Assembly (NCBI GenBank): GCA_040285825.1
Contig: JAUPSS010000005.1
Span: forward strand, 496,001-560,000
Direction of reading: 5' to 3'
Source of the DNA: Eukaryota sp. TZLM1-RC
Lineage: Eukaryota; Protista; Metamonada: BaSk clade
DNA length: 64,000 nucleotides
A program made the position numbers and the translations under genes. The notes below the pieces were generated by a model. The model did not search any database and was not told where the DNA came from. It worked only from the letters and a program-made list of their open reading frames with translations. This document shows, piece after piece, positions 44,158 through 55,898 of the stretch. Numbering within the stretch: position 1 is the first letter of the stretch; each line of letters begins with the position of its first letter.

Positions 44158-47100
44158 TCAAGTTTGAATTAATAGATCATCAGAATCACTATTTGAGTTT
44201 TCAGATAATGTCAAATTGCCCATTTTCTCCTCATCCTCCCCACATTCAGAGTCAGAATTAATGTCAACATCGTCATCAGACACGTCATCGCTGACGTCAT
44301 CAGCTTCCGAATCAACTGCAACATCCAAATATCCAGAAATTGCACTAGAAACAACTGAACAATCAACCTCAGCAACATTCTTTGCGGAAGGTTTAATTAA
44401 AACTCGTAGCTTACTAAGTGGTTTAAATAATTCAAACCTTACATTAGTGGTGGATTCACTTTCAACTACTTTTTCATTATCAAAACCATAATTGTGCTTA
44501 ATCCATTGTTTAGACTTTTGACTTTTCCTTACCTCCAAGACAGGAGGTTGACCTGATAATTTTCTAAATTTATAAAGATCTTTTTTGAATAATTCAGAAT
44601 ACGATAAACGAAGATCCACTGCATATTCGGGAATAAAAATATCGAAATACCGCTCAAAAACATTGATGACGTAAGCATCGACTTCCTTTTGACCCCCATG
44701 ATGTTTCCTTAAATAGTAACCCAGCCAAAGCAAGAATGCATCATCAGAAGCTTTTCTTGATTCATATTTCTTTTCATTACAAAGAATGGCAATTTTGTTC
44801 ATTTCTATTTCTGTTGGAAGACCATGTTGTTCCATAATCAAAAGCACGTCATCATCGGTCAAAACCATACCAGAATCTTGACATTTCTTGACTTCCAACG
44901 CAGCACTCAGTTGTCTGTGCACCATAACATCTGGGTACCTCCTAATAGGAGAAGTGAAATGAGTATAATAATCCATGTTGAGCGCATAGTGAGAAAATGA
45001 AACATCTTCCGATCGATCGGCAATATTTGGGGCAACAACATATTTGGCAAGAGTAAATCCTTTGGTACATAAAATCATAAAAATATCATGAAAATCTTGT
45101 CTTGAAATATTGAACTGATCCTTTCCAACATGGTCAAACCAAGTCAAGACAGATTTGATTGTTCTTCCAAATTCAAGGGAGTTTTCAAAATTTCCTTCCA
45201 GATCAAACTGTTCCATCCAAGATTTCAATGTCTCAATCCCTTCTTCCTTAGGTGGGTCGTGGTACCGAACAAGGGAATATGGTAAAATAGAAGAGATAAA
45301 TTGAGATACTGATGCATTTGCTAGTAGCATAAACTCTTCAATTAACCAATTCGCTTCATAAGTTGTAGATGGTAGAATTGACACTTGCCTGAATCCGTCC
45401 CCATGAAGAATCGAACTCGTTAGGGGTGAGCTTTCGTCTACAATTTCGGAGGGCTCTTCCGATTCCTCCACACGATTTAGGTGAATTTTCATTTTCTTTC
45501 TATTAAATCCTATGCTTCCAGCATCAAATCTTTTGGCTCTCCTCTTCTCAGCCAACTCCCACAACAAAAGCACATCATGCTCAACATCTTCCATAGTGAT
45601 ATCAGTAAAAAACTGTGGTCCATTTGGCAGACAATCTTCTTCTGGAGGTGGTGATACAACCTTGCCATTATTGAAGAGGATAAGCTGTGCGTCTCCATAA
45701 GCTAGCCTAGCTCCAGGAGTAATCATGGACTTTGTGAATTCGCAATCAATCGTGTCACCAGTGTTTCTATTAATAGTAACAAAGCAAGAAAACGAACACT
45801 TTTGGTCTCGTTCCAGTGAACAAGCCAACTCAGAGAGTATTTCAGGTAACATTTTAACAACTCTGTCTGGAAAGTACACAGATGTGGTCCTGGATGAGGC
45901 AAACTTGTCTAGCTCCGTATTAGGTAAAAGATAGTTGGTCACGTCAGCGATATGGATGCCGACCTTGACTGTGGTTTCATCTAAAATTTCAACACTCAAA
46001 GCGTCATCCAAATCACGAGCTGAGACGGGATCAATAGAGATCACTCTCAAATTTTGACGATAATCAACTCTGAGTCCTGATTCAATCTGTTTTTGCCACT
46101 CATTTGCCACGTCATCAACAGCTTTTTCTGTTGACTGTACAAGACTTTCCTGAAACTCCGAGAAATCAAGCGAATGTTTATGCAAAAGCATTAAGGAGCC
46201 TGAATTCACATCCTTTGAATCACCGAAATGCTCGACAATTTCCCCCACAGGCCTATCCGTCCAAAACCATTTAGTCACCTTTACCAAATAAAGGTGATCT
46301 TCAAAGAGGTCAAAATCATTATCATTTGTGACCCTTATCACGTGCTCAAGAGGACCGTATGGTTTAAAAACCCATTCTTTCTGAAGGTCTTCTGATTTCT
46401 TGATTGATTGATTGTTTGGTTTCTTTTTTTGACCCTTTCTGTTTCTTTTTTGAACTACTTCCTGGTAAGCATCACAAACAATCAATCGATTAGATTCCGC
46501 AAGAATCCCAACGACTCGACCAGACGGTTGCTTTTCTTTTTGACCATCGACCGTCTTGTCAGACCAAAATTTTGAATGAAAAAGCTCGACAACCACAACA
46601 TCACCGTTGAGTGAACAATTTCGATCTCTATGACCCGAGAACATAACGTCAATGTCAAAAGTGGGGTACAAAAGGTGATTTTCTTCAATAGTCAAGGGTA
46701 AATCTGATCCATTCTCGCCCATTTCTCTTTGAATTTCTTCCTTATGTCGTTCGAGTATTTCGCACACCTCACTCTTAGCTACACCGACACCATAAGATCT
46801 CATTCCTTCTCTTGGTACTTTGACTTTACAGACGGTGTACTTTACCTTACCTGAATCATTGGTGAGGAGATGATACAGTTGAGAGAGTGGGTAGTGAAAG
46901 CGCGAAGAGGGGTTAGGGTTGGGGTCTTGTGTATTTGGAGTTTTGGACTTTTTGAAAATTCTTTTAGAGCCTTTTTGAACGAGTTCTTGCTCAGTATGAG
47001 GTACGCAATGTCCATGAGGTTGGTGAGGAGAAGAGGGTTGGTGTGGGGACGAAAAGGTGGCATCTGGAGATACAATTGAGAAGGGAGGATGTTGTGAGGT

Positions 47101-47316
47101 ACGTTGAGGTGTTCGCTTCTTGACAGAGGGGGCAGTTCCAAAAAAGGGGTTGGAGGGGGTAGACGCTGGATGCTCAGAGGACTTGTTATTGTTCTTGTTC
47201 TTTTTCCTGTTCCTGAAAGGCTTGGGAGCTATTGGTGTAGAGTCTGGGACAGTTATGGTGACATCTATGTCAAGCGGAGCAAAGGAAGTCTTCTTGTTAC
47301 CTTTCTTCTTACCCAT
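44158..47316 (-). CDS. DIS3L2: DIS3-like exonuclease 2 (RNB domain, no PIN domain)
   Basis: DRNCSLNGDVVVV, ISIDPVSARDLDDALS, LIEEFMLLAN and YTHFTSPIRRYPD. First ATG at 47316. Confidence 0.9.
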   Translation of the reverse strand: MGKKKGNKKTSFAPLDIDVTITVPDSTPIAPKPFRNRKKNKNNNKSSEHPASTPSNPFFGTAPSVKKRTPQRTSQHPPFSIVSPDATFSSPHQPSSPHQPHGHCVPHTEQELVQKGSKRIFKKSKTPNTQDPNPNPSSRFHYPLSQLYHLLTNDSGKVKYTVCKVKVPREGMRSYGVGVAKSEVCEILERHKEEIQREMGENGSDLPLTIEENHLLYPTFDIDVMFSGHRDRNCSLNGDVVVVELFHSKFWSDKTVDGQKEKQPSGRVVGILAESNRLIVCDAYQEVVQKRNRKGQKKKPNNQSIKKSEDLQKEWVFKPYGPLEHVIRVTNDNDFDLFEDHLYLVKVTKWFWTDRPVGEIVEHFGDSKDVNSGSLMLLHKHSLDFSEFQESLVQSTEKAVDDVANEWQKQIESGLRVDYRQNLRVISIDPVSARDLDDALSVEILDETTVKVGIHIADVTNYLLPNTELDKFASSRTTSVYFPDRVVKMLPEILSELACSLERDQKCSFSCFVTINRNTGDTIDCEFTKSMITPGARLAYGDAQLILFNNGKVVSPPPEEDCLPNGPQFFTDITMEDVEHDVLLLWELAEKRRAKRFDAGSIGFNRKKMKIHLNRVEESEEPSEIVDESSPLTSSILHGDGFRQVSILPSTTYEANWLIEEFMLLANASVSQFISSILPYSLVRYHDPPKEEGIETLKSWMEQFDLEGNFENSLEFGRTIKSVLTWFDHVGKDQFNISRQDFHDIFMILCTKGFTLAKYVVAPNIADRSEDVSFSHYALNMDYYTHFTSPIRRYPDVMVHRQLSAALEVKKCQDSGMVLTDDDVLLIMEQHGLPTEIEMNKIAILCNEKKYESRKASDDAFLLWLGYYLRKHHGGQKEVDAYVINVFERYFDIFIPEYAVDLRLSYSELFKKDLYKFRKLSGQPPVLEVRKSQKSKQWIKHNYGFDNEKVVESESTTNVRFELFKPLSKLRVLIKPSAKNVAEVDCSVVSSAISGYLDVAVDSEADDVSDDVSDDDVDINSDSECGEDEEKMGNLTLSENSNSDSDDLLIQT

Positions 47317-47953
47317 TGAAAGTTGTAGGAAAAATAATGGCAAAAATTTGGAAATTTTCAATTTTTGATGATTGTAATGATTGTTCTTTTAATTTCACAT
47401 TTTCCCAGTGGTTGTTCCACAGTTAGTGGCATCAATTGAATTAATTGTTGTATTGAACTGAAGCCTGAATTCTATTCAACACATTGACAGGGTAGATGAG
47501 TTAATGGCACTTAAAGCAGTTTATTCAGTGCTTAGGGCGACGTAACTTCATCATTCTTTCAGACAATAATGCCTCCTTAATCCTTCAATCTGTTCAGCAA
47601 ACTCTGGAGTGTTGCGAATGATGGATGTAATTCCGTGACTTGTTCTTGCGCGTTGTTTAAAGAGATACATGTACAAATCCCTGTGTTGTTTGAAGATGCC
47701 ATGCAGTGGACGGGAGTTACTCTGCTGCAACTACAATGAATAGTACAAATGGGTACTCTCCTATAATTATAAAAGACGTTTATATAAGGTTCTGGCATTT
47801 CAACTAGCCAAAGCTGATGAAAGTTCAGCTATTTTCTTCAATTAACTTGTTATAAAAAACAGATTGAAACAAAAAACCAATGTAAAGTTAAAAAAACAAA
47901 AGAAAACTAATTTTACAACAAAACTAAATATACACAATTAAATTACCAATCAA

Positions 47954-49777
47954 TCAACTCACGTCATAGAATTGATTAGTTTCCGGGTCAAAACAGAGTT
48001 TAGAAAGAGATCCCAAATCATCATAAATATTACTTTCGGACATAAAATCTTGAATTTCAAATCTTTTTTCTTCTATTTTATCAAAATTCTCTTCCTTCTC
48101 GGCAATTTCATTAATAGAATTACTTTCTGGACTGAGACTCAGATTAGAATCCTCCTTTAATAAACTAATTGGAGGAGTAGAAGGACATGGTAAGTTGGTA
48201 TGAACAGGAAAATCATCAGAAACGTCATCAACTGATTGATAATGATCTGATTGGGAGTTAATATCTGCAATATCGGCAACTTCATCGTGAACGGAAACTG
48301 ATTGATAATGATCTGATTGGGAGTTATTATCTGCAATATCGGCAACTTCATCGTGAACGGAAACTGATTGATCGTGATCTGATTGGGAGTTATTAACTGC
48401 AATATCGGCAATTTCATCGTGAACGGAAACTGATTGGTCATGATCTGATTGATCCTGGTAACTTTCATCATGATCAGATCTTTCACTCTGACCATCAGAT
48501 TCTATAATCAAATCATCTTGATTGTGGCTGTCATAATCATCGACACTACTTTCTGTTTCTGTCACACTATCATACTCAGATTTTTGACCTATTGACACGT
48601 CATCAGCCACGTGATCTTTTGTAAAATTCTTTTTAAAACCACTTAATTCAAATAAAGAACGATCTTCAGCTTTCTGGCCAACGTCAATGACATTTTCTTC
48701 GTTCCAGTCACAAATATCTGAAAGTGAAATAGAATCGGAAACTGATTGTTCTGAAACTGATTGATTGAGAGTTGTTAACTGGTTAGAATATCGAGAGGCA
48801 ACTGACGTCGATGTGATTGATTTTTGATTTGATTGTCGAGTTAATACATGAGCTGATTGTGGCTTTGGAATACTTACAGAGGGACTTTCCTTGACCAATG
48901 CACTTTTTGACCTATATTTTTGACCTTGCTCACGTGATTCACTTTCCTTTTCTACTCTAGTCCCAAACGCTATACTAGGTACCACAGTTCTTTCTCTGAT
49001 AGGTGAGACCCTCTGTTGATGACGCGTACCTGAGCTCTTCCTCTCTGTCATCACATGACTAGCAACGTGACCTCTATTCTGCCTACTGGCTACTCCTCTT
49101 CCACTAACTTCAAACCTTTGATTACCCACATCACTAGTGATTCTTGGTGAAGATGGTGTGAAATCATGAGCAGAGTAGATTAATAATGGCCATGAAGAAA
49201 GACACTGCGGGAGAGGTTGGCAGGAGAGCCAAGAGGAAGGGGAATGTGGAAGGTCTGGGGGATGGCGCAGAGAGTAGACAGAGCGAAGGCGGCATGTTGA
49301 ACGGAGAGAGATGGATGTGAGATGACCAAAAGATTGTGAGAAGACGGCTTCACAGAGCGAATCAAGATCAACAATGAGGGTGAAATAAGTGGCCATATTG
49401 AGTAGGAGAGATGGGGAAAGGTTGGGGTCAGGGGTGTGAGAATAAGAACCTGGAAAAGGAAGACGACAGTGAAGTGGAGTTATGGAGGGTTTAGAAACTA
49501 CAGTGGAGAGGATAAGCTTGCGTTTAGCGCGTGTAACATCCGATAGAATGAATTCTAGAGAAAATGGAGCATTGTCACATGCAGATATGATGAGAGCAAT
49601 GAAACGGTCAGTAAGAGAGAGCGTTTTCGGTGGTTTTGGATAAGTAAGTGATGAGTTGGAGGACTTTTCAAGTAAGAAGATGTAACCTTTAGTGTCAGAG
49701 TCATAAACACGTCTAACCTTTGTCACAGCAACCTGTGATAGAGGAGCTGCTCCCGAAGCAGAAAAGATCTGGGACAT
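47954..49777 (-). CDS. CFAP20DC: CFAP20-domain protein (C3orf67-like) with disordered acidic tail
   Basis: IFSASG..P...VRRVYD.DTKGYIFLLE......P...L.LTDRFIAL matches the CFAP20DC N-terminus. Confidence 0.75.
   Translation of the reverse strand: MSQIFSASGAAPLSQVAVTKVRRVYDSDTKGYIFLLEKSSNSSLTYPKPPKTLSLTDRFIALIISACDNAPFSLEFILSDVTRAKRKLILSTVVSKPSITPLHCRLPFPGSYSHTPDPNLSPSLLLNMATYFTLIVDLDSLCEAVFSQSFGHLTSISLRSTCRLRSVYSLRHPPDLPHSPSSWLSCQPLPQCLSSWPLLIYSAHDFTPSSPRITSDVGNQRFEVSGRGVASRQNRGHVASHVMTERKSSGTRHQQRVSPIRERTVVPSIAFGTRVEKESESREQGQKYRSKSALVKESPSVSIPKPQSAHVLTRQSNQKSITSTSVASRYSNQLTTLNQSVSEQSVSDSISLSDICDWNEENVIDVGQKAEDRSLFELSGFKKNFTKDHVADDVSIGQKSEYDSVTETESSVDDYDSHNQDDLIIESDGQSERSDHDESYQDQSDHDQSVSVHDEIADIAVNNSQSDHDQSVSVHDEVADIADNNSQSDHYQSVSVHDEVADIADINSQSDHYQSVDDVSDDFPVHTNLPCPSTPPISLLKEDSNLSLSPESNSINEIAEKEENFDKIEEKRFEIQDFMSESNIYDDLGSLSKLCFDPETNQFYDVS
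48231..48451. repeat. 66-bp coding tandem repeat x3.3
   Basis: Units start at 48231, 48297, 48363 and 48429; encode SVHDE(I/V)ADIA..NSQSDH.QSV. Confidence 0.95.
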
Positions 49778-49851
49778 TTGTTATGCAAATGATTTTTCTT
49801 TCTTATTTTCTTTCTTTATTTTGTTTCTTTCTTTTTTGTTTTTTTCTTCTT

Positions 49852-50126
49852 TACTGTGAGTTTCACTTATCATACATTCCTCTGTGAAATTCACTCCTGT
49901 TTTCAACTTTCTCAATGTCTACTCACAGGCTGTAAGAGACATGTAGCGTCATTTGACAAAGACAATCATGATCCTCTTCAATGGGCTACTTTACTTAAAT
50001 ACACCTACTGCTTTCACAGAACAAAGCCTCGCGACCTGATGTATCTAATTGGATCTACCAAATGCTACCAAGGCTTTTGTAGATCGGTCTTAAAAGTTTT
50101 TAAAAAATTAAAAATAAGATGAAAAC
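49852..50126 (-). ncRNA. Distal conserved 3' end of Fanzor subfamily 2 copy B (candidate omegaRNA)
   Basis: Reverse complement aligns with ~33125-33395; similarity stops after CACAGTA in both copies. Confidence 0.6.
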
Positions 50127-53100
50127 GAATATGATAATTTATTGAATTTGCACACTTGATTAAATTAAATCATAACTAATGGGACGACTATCATTAAACC
50201 AAGATTTCCTCTACAAAATCTTGATTTGCTTGCTGTCTAGCTAAAGCTTCTCTAATTCGATTGAAAAACCGCGGTAATCTATTAATAATGGCAAATTGAA
50301 TCCGTGAACGCCATAAAAAAATATCAAATCTTTTCATTGTTTTTTCTTTCACCATTTTTTGGAAGTCATCCAAAAAAGTTTCTGCTTCAACTGATAATCT
50401 TCCATTTATCGAAAATGGAAAAGCAATAAAAACCAGCTGTGTATTTCTATCGATATTTGCATCTTCAATTTCTTTATCATATTTTCTATGTTTTTCTTTT
50501 GCTTTAAAATCCAGAGCAGCCACAGGATTAAGTTTTCTTCTGTGAACCAAAGTATCGTTTGCAACATTACATGAGACAAAGTCAACAATAGCTTCAGAAT
50601 TATCAATCCAATCACAGTATACATCACCTCTATCATCAGAACCAAAATTATTCAGAGAAAGTGTTTCTTTCAGCAGGGGCTCTTTGATACACGATATCCT
50701 TGCAGTTTGTGCCATATTGAAAACAGTGTCTCTAACAGCATCATGTAATGAAGAACGATAAGTTATCAATTTAGAGCAATTTAGAGCATGGCGCAAAGTG
50801 AGTTGAGGTGAATTCGAACAAATACATTTTTCTTTTGATAATAATTGGTTAATGGGGATGTTCAAATATAATCTCATTTTTGTTACAAATGCTTCATTAG
50901 TAGCACACAATCCAAATCTTCGTGGTACAATGGTTACAAAAAGTGAAGAATCTGACACCTTGTTTTCACAAACACCCTTTTCCAATAACAATGAGTGAAG
51001 ATCTTGATTTAAAACAGCCGAGCTGCAAATATTATTATAAAGATCTTTTTCATACATTCCAGTCAATCTTTTCTGTAATGTTCGAAGAGTGTACTTCAAA
51101 TTTAAAACATTTTTTTCTGGAATATTGCCATTGAATGATTGGGGAAAACATCGACCCCATTTTTCTACATCAATTCTTGAAATTTCTTCATTTAATGCAA
51201 AAACAGTGGAACTTTGCGTTGTCATCAATAAATCTTCCCAATCTGCAAATCTTTCGGAGAACTCAAAGATTGCATTTCTGCATCCACCAACAAAAGCACA
51301 CGAGGTAAGAATAGAAGCCTTCGTCCACCCTAAACCACCATATTGTGGACTAAGGTAAGCATGATCTGGAATTTGAAACATTTTACATCCCAGTAATTGA
51401 GACAGAACTTTTGCACGTAACTCATTAAACTTTTGAGCCAAAGGTCTAGTGACGAGAGGACTTGTAGATCGAAATATATGATTAAAATTGGAACTAAAAC
51501 ACAGTCTTATAATGGTAAATTTGATGTGTTTTTTTATATCTAAATTCATCATTCGGTCAATTTTGTCAGAAATTGAGTTCAACTTTTCAAACAATTTTTG
51601 GTAATTTCATCATTATTTCCTAAAAACGAACCCAAATGACGAATAGCATCAATTGAATATAATTTGGCTTGAATTTCAATATCATCAATTATTGTGGAAA
51701 CTGGAGAATTCGAAAACAAAACACATTTAAGTAAATTAAGTCGGAGACCAATTTTGGTAAATAATTCTTTAAAACATACAGTTGCTTTTTTTCACAATAT
51801 TTAATTCACCAATAAGCACAACATCATCCATATATGCAATCATTTTTAGTGAAGGAAACATCTCTTGAATTTGCAGTAGAATAGGATGAATGGCCAAACA
51901 AAACAAAAAGAGGTCCTAACGGATCTCCTTGCTTTACGCCACTTGATGAAATCAAAATGTTGTTACCAAAATGTAAATTAGAATATGTGCAATATGTTGA
52001 TTGAAAATATGGTATTAATTCTGGCATATATTGCAATAGAGCACCATGGATACTGCGACGACTTAGCGAATTGAAAGCATTACTAAAATCCAATGACATG
52101 CAAACATTGGATTCATTTTGACGAAATAAGACATCAGTAGCAAAAATCGCTGAAGAGACTCCATCTGTAGTATTTATACCATATTGAAAGGGTAATAAAA
52201 TCTTTTTAGCTTTTTCATTGAACCTGCTTAAGCAACACGCAGAAAAAATATTATGTAAGTTCTCAGAGACTGCAATAGGACGAACATCCATTTTTGAATT
52301 TTTGACAAGTGCAGTCAAACGAGAACTTCTTAATTCTTCTGGGTACTTGCGTAGACCAGATAATATTTGGTTGAAAAATTTGGTCAATAAACCAAGGCAA
52401 TCTTCTGAAGAAATAATCGCGGCTTTTACATGATCAATAGTAATACCAGAAAGTCCGGCAGACTTACCACGAGGTCTCTTTTTGATAACCGAAAAAACTT
52501 CTGATGGCATCAATGGATAATTTTCCCAGTATGTGCCGTAAAAATTTTGATCCATAACAGGGTCTTCATAAGGATGAAGTATTTTCAGTTTATCTACTGT
52601 ATTTTCATTGTTCGGTGCTTTGACTCCGGGACTTAAAGCTGACAAAGCCTTGGACCATTTGTTGTCAAAGCATTTGTCTTCAAAAATTTTACTTAATTTC
52701 TCGGATGACTGATTTCTCGGTGCTATATTGGTTAAATCTTCGGAAATATTAACGAAATTTTGTTCAAAAGGAGGACAAAAGAACCAAAAAATTCCCAAAT
52801 AATATTGATAGCATACTTTCCTTTACATAATTGATCCAAAAATCTTTGAAAAACGAAAGCAAATTCATTGCATTTGGTCGGATGAATTTCTTGAGGTATT
52901 CTTATAGGAGGATGGTAGTTATCAACTATGCGGCATTTCAAGCAGCGATCAGAAGTTTTTCCTTTGCATTTTTTCTAAAAGAAATACCACAAGTGTTGCA
53001 AGTTTTGTGCTTCAATCGATTGCTAACTGGTTTTGCAACAACTTGTGGAGCATTATTTATGGGTTCTACCTTAGACTCTTTCCTTCTAATAAATTTTCTT

Positions 53101-53467
53101 TTACATTTTGTTTCAGAATTTGCCGCATCATTTTTTTCCAACATTGGGGCATGTTCGAGCATTATGTCCCTGTTGTCGACACTTTGAGCATCTGTAGGAG
53201 CGTGGCTTTGTTTTTGAACAAACTTTTTTTTCATCGTGATTGTCTAAAAATTCTTGATCAGAATTTTTTTTGTCCAAAAATGAAGAGAGAAGAGGTTGAG
53301 GAGGAGAGGTGGAAAGGACGTCTTGAGCATCTTGTTGACTATCGTTCATTCTTTTGACTCCATTAGAATCAGAAACTGATTCAGACATCAACAAGAAAGA
53401 ATAGAAGCAATGATCTCGGTTCAGCCAGGTTTTAAGTTAAACGGTTATATGTAGAGGAAGAAAAAAA
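50127..53467 (-). mobile_element. Full-length CRE-like non-LTR retrotransposon, family B (3341 bp)
   Basis: CCHC knuckle CSKCRQQGHNARTC; RT motifs VRPIAV, LDFSNAFN, GVKQGDPLGP, YMDD; CICS...HALNC; RLE RGDV...VDF. 11-bp TSD AAGATGAAAAC at 50116-50126 and 53468-53478. Confidence 0.95.
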
Positions 53468-53478
53468 AAGATGAAAAC

Positions 53479-53725
53479 TCAAAATAAAATGTAAGTTTTT
53501 CAAAAGTTTTAGTTTCTGTTTGCTCAGGTTTTTCATTCATGTTCTTAACAGAGCTTTTGGGCAAATGAATCTTTCTGGTGACAATTCCGCTTCTTAATTT
53601 GAATATTTTTTGCAGCGGAAATATCTCTGTCATATACTATTTGACACTCAGTACAAATACGCATCTGCTATTAGCCTGTGTGAACATTCTCGGTCATCTT
53701 TAAAAATTTTCTACTCAATTCATCA
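53479..53725 (-). pseudogene. Fanzor C-terminus, subfamily 2 copy B
   Basis: QMRICTECQIVYDRDISAAKNIQIK; aligns with ~32870-33125. Confidence 0.85.
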
Positions 53726-53757
53726 TTATTTAAAACAACAACAACATATATGTTTTT

Positions 53758-53935
53758 TTATTGAACTACAACACTTAATAAAATAGAATCAGAACTAATA
53801 AGACTAAATTCAATCAAAAATCTCTTCATTGTTTTTTCTTGAACAAGTTTTTGGAAATCATTCAAAAAATTGCCTGTAGCTACTGATAGACTTTCGTTTA
53901 TGGACAATGGAAAAGTGATAAAAACAAGGGGTAAG
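53758..53935 (-). mobile_element. Diverged CRE family B 3' fragment
   Basis: LVFITFPLSINESLSV...FLNDFQKLVQEKTMKRF versus LVFIAFPFSINGRLSV...FLDDFQKMVKEKTMKRF. Confidence 0.85.
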
Positions 53936-54455
53936 TTTCTATCTGGTTTCCATCTGCCACAACAACCCCTTTTGGAGGTCAATAAACAAAACAGCTTATG
54001 TAGAAATCATGTTGTACAGCTGATCCACGTGTACATTTTTAGTGCTCAAAAAATTAATGATCATTTTATTCTAAAATTTCCGGGACGAAATCCCCGAACA
54101 AACATCTAAAAAAATGATTCACAGTTTAGATGAAGAATGTCTTTACAGTAAAACAGGTTCGCTGAGACCATTGTATCAAACTAGACCGATTGGTGGACTA
54201 ATCTTCGAAAAAAGAAGTGTTTCAGCTAGCGAGATATAGTAAATTGTGACAGAACATTGTACAAAGTGGAAAATGTCAGTGAAAGGAGACACCAACAATA
54301 GTTAATGGAAGGAGAGCGGCATAGGTTGATGAGAAAAGGGAATTGACAGAAAGATCCACGACTGGAGCAACAGAAATTGAAAGAATGACCAAGGGGATTA
54401 CTATTCAACCAAACAGATCACCACACCATATTACCCCCCAAATCTCCACATCCAC

Positions 54456-55229
54456 ATGTTTGGACAGCTTGTTACAGGTCCTCCAGGATGTGGTAAGAGT
54501 ACTTATGCTCATGCAGTTCAGCAGTTCTTGTCGGAATTTGATCGTAAAGTTACAGTTGTTAACCTTGATCCTGCCAATGAAAACATTCTGTATGACTGTA
54601 CCATAGACATCCGTGACTTAATTGATATTGATCAAATAATGGATGATCAAGATCTTGGTCCTAATGGTGCCCTATTGTTTGCATTTGACACTCTTGAGAA
54701 TAACTTTGACTGGTTAAAAGACAAGCTTTTAGCACATAGGGATACCTATTTTTTATTTGATCTGCCAGGACAGATAGAACTTTTCACTGTCTATCCAGCC
54801 CTACAACGCATTGTAGGAATACTCGAGAAATGGGGTTTCAGACTAGTTTGTGTTAACCTAGTTGATTCTTTTTGTTGTACTGATATCAGTAAGTTTATCT
54901 CTGCAGTTTTGATTTCATTGACAGAAATGTTAAATTTAGAACTTCCGCACGTGAATGTACTTTCCAAAATGGATCTCGCAGAGGCGTATGGCAAGTTACC
55001 AGCACCTCTGGAGACTTATACTGGGTTTATTGATACTGAGATGCTCATATCATTACTACAAGAACGGGAAACTCGCTCAAAGTTCCAGAAACTTAACCAA
55101 ATGCTTGCAGAGTTGCTTGATGAGTTTTCCTTGGTGACGTTTCTTCCATTAGATGTTTCTGATAAACAAATGATGTATGAAGTACAAAAGAAGTGTGATG
55201 TTGCTATTTGTTATCCTTATCCTATCTGA
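54456..55229 (+). CDS. GPN2: GPN-loop GTPase 2
   Basis: FGQLVTGPPGCGKSTY, NLDPAN, LGPNG, FDLPGQIEL and LPHVNVLSKMD. Confidence 0.92.
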   Translation: MFGQLVTGPPGCGKSTYAHAVQQFLSEFDRKVTVVNLDPANENILYDCTIDIRDLIDIDQIMDDQDLGPNGALLFAFDTLENNFDWLKDKLLAHRDTYFLFDLPGQIELFTVYPALQRIVGILEKWGFRLVCVNLVDSFCCTDISKFISAVLISLTEMLNLELPHVNVLSKMDLAEAYGKLPAPLETYTGFIDTEMLISLLQERETRSKFQKLNQMLAELLDEFSLVTFLPLDVSDKQMMYEVQKKCDVAICYPYPI

Positions 55230-55898
55230 TTTTTTTCTATTGTTCATAGTAATTATTTGGAAGTTTTCTTCTTTTCTATGGTTGCAATTCGGTAGGATTT
55301 ACGTTTAAACTAATTATTTCATGACCGACCAGTCACCTCTAATATAACAATGAATCACTTTCATCAAATCGCGTTTGCTAATCATGAAAAAATAAAACAA
55401 TTTTATTGATTTAAACTATTTACATTCATATATTGAATGGCGAAAAACAGTGCTCAAAGCATTTGAAGTCAAGAATGGAATTGTTATTGAAATTTCCAAT
55501 TCATTCATATTTTTGAATTCCATTACTGAATTGTTTCGAAAAGGAAAATGATTCTGCCAAAAGGAAGTTGAATCAAAACTTACAAATTAATGGTATTATA
55601 CTTTGTCAACCACAAACAAACAAACAAAGGAGAAACATTCGTAGCAGAACCAAGAGTTATTGTTTTCAACAGATATAATGTAGTAAAACAGAAAATTTTC
55701 TGTTCAAGGTTCCGGAGTTGGACCTGTTCTCTGAGCATCCTATAGGTTGTGTTCGTTTCCTCAAGTCAGTAATATGGTAAGTTCATTGAGCAACACTTGA
55801 TCAAAAAAACAATTATTCCTCAAAAAGGCATGAAATTGAAAGTTAAGGAGAGGCTTGAGATTTGCATTGTGTGAGAGAATTGCATTATACAATACCAC

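Noticed and set aside
49791-49853. A-rich tract (minus strand) as the poly(A) tail of a retroposed Fanzor copy B
   Set aside because: No TSD found, copy A has no such tail, and the tract may be CFAP20DC upstream sequence. Left unresolved.
49856-50122. 88-aa plus-strand ORF
   Set aside because: Non-ATG start, and it lies antisense to the Fanzor non-coding 3' end.
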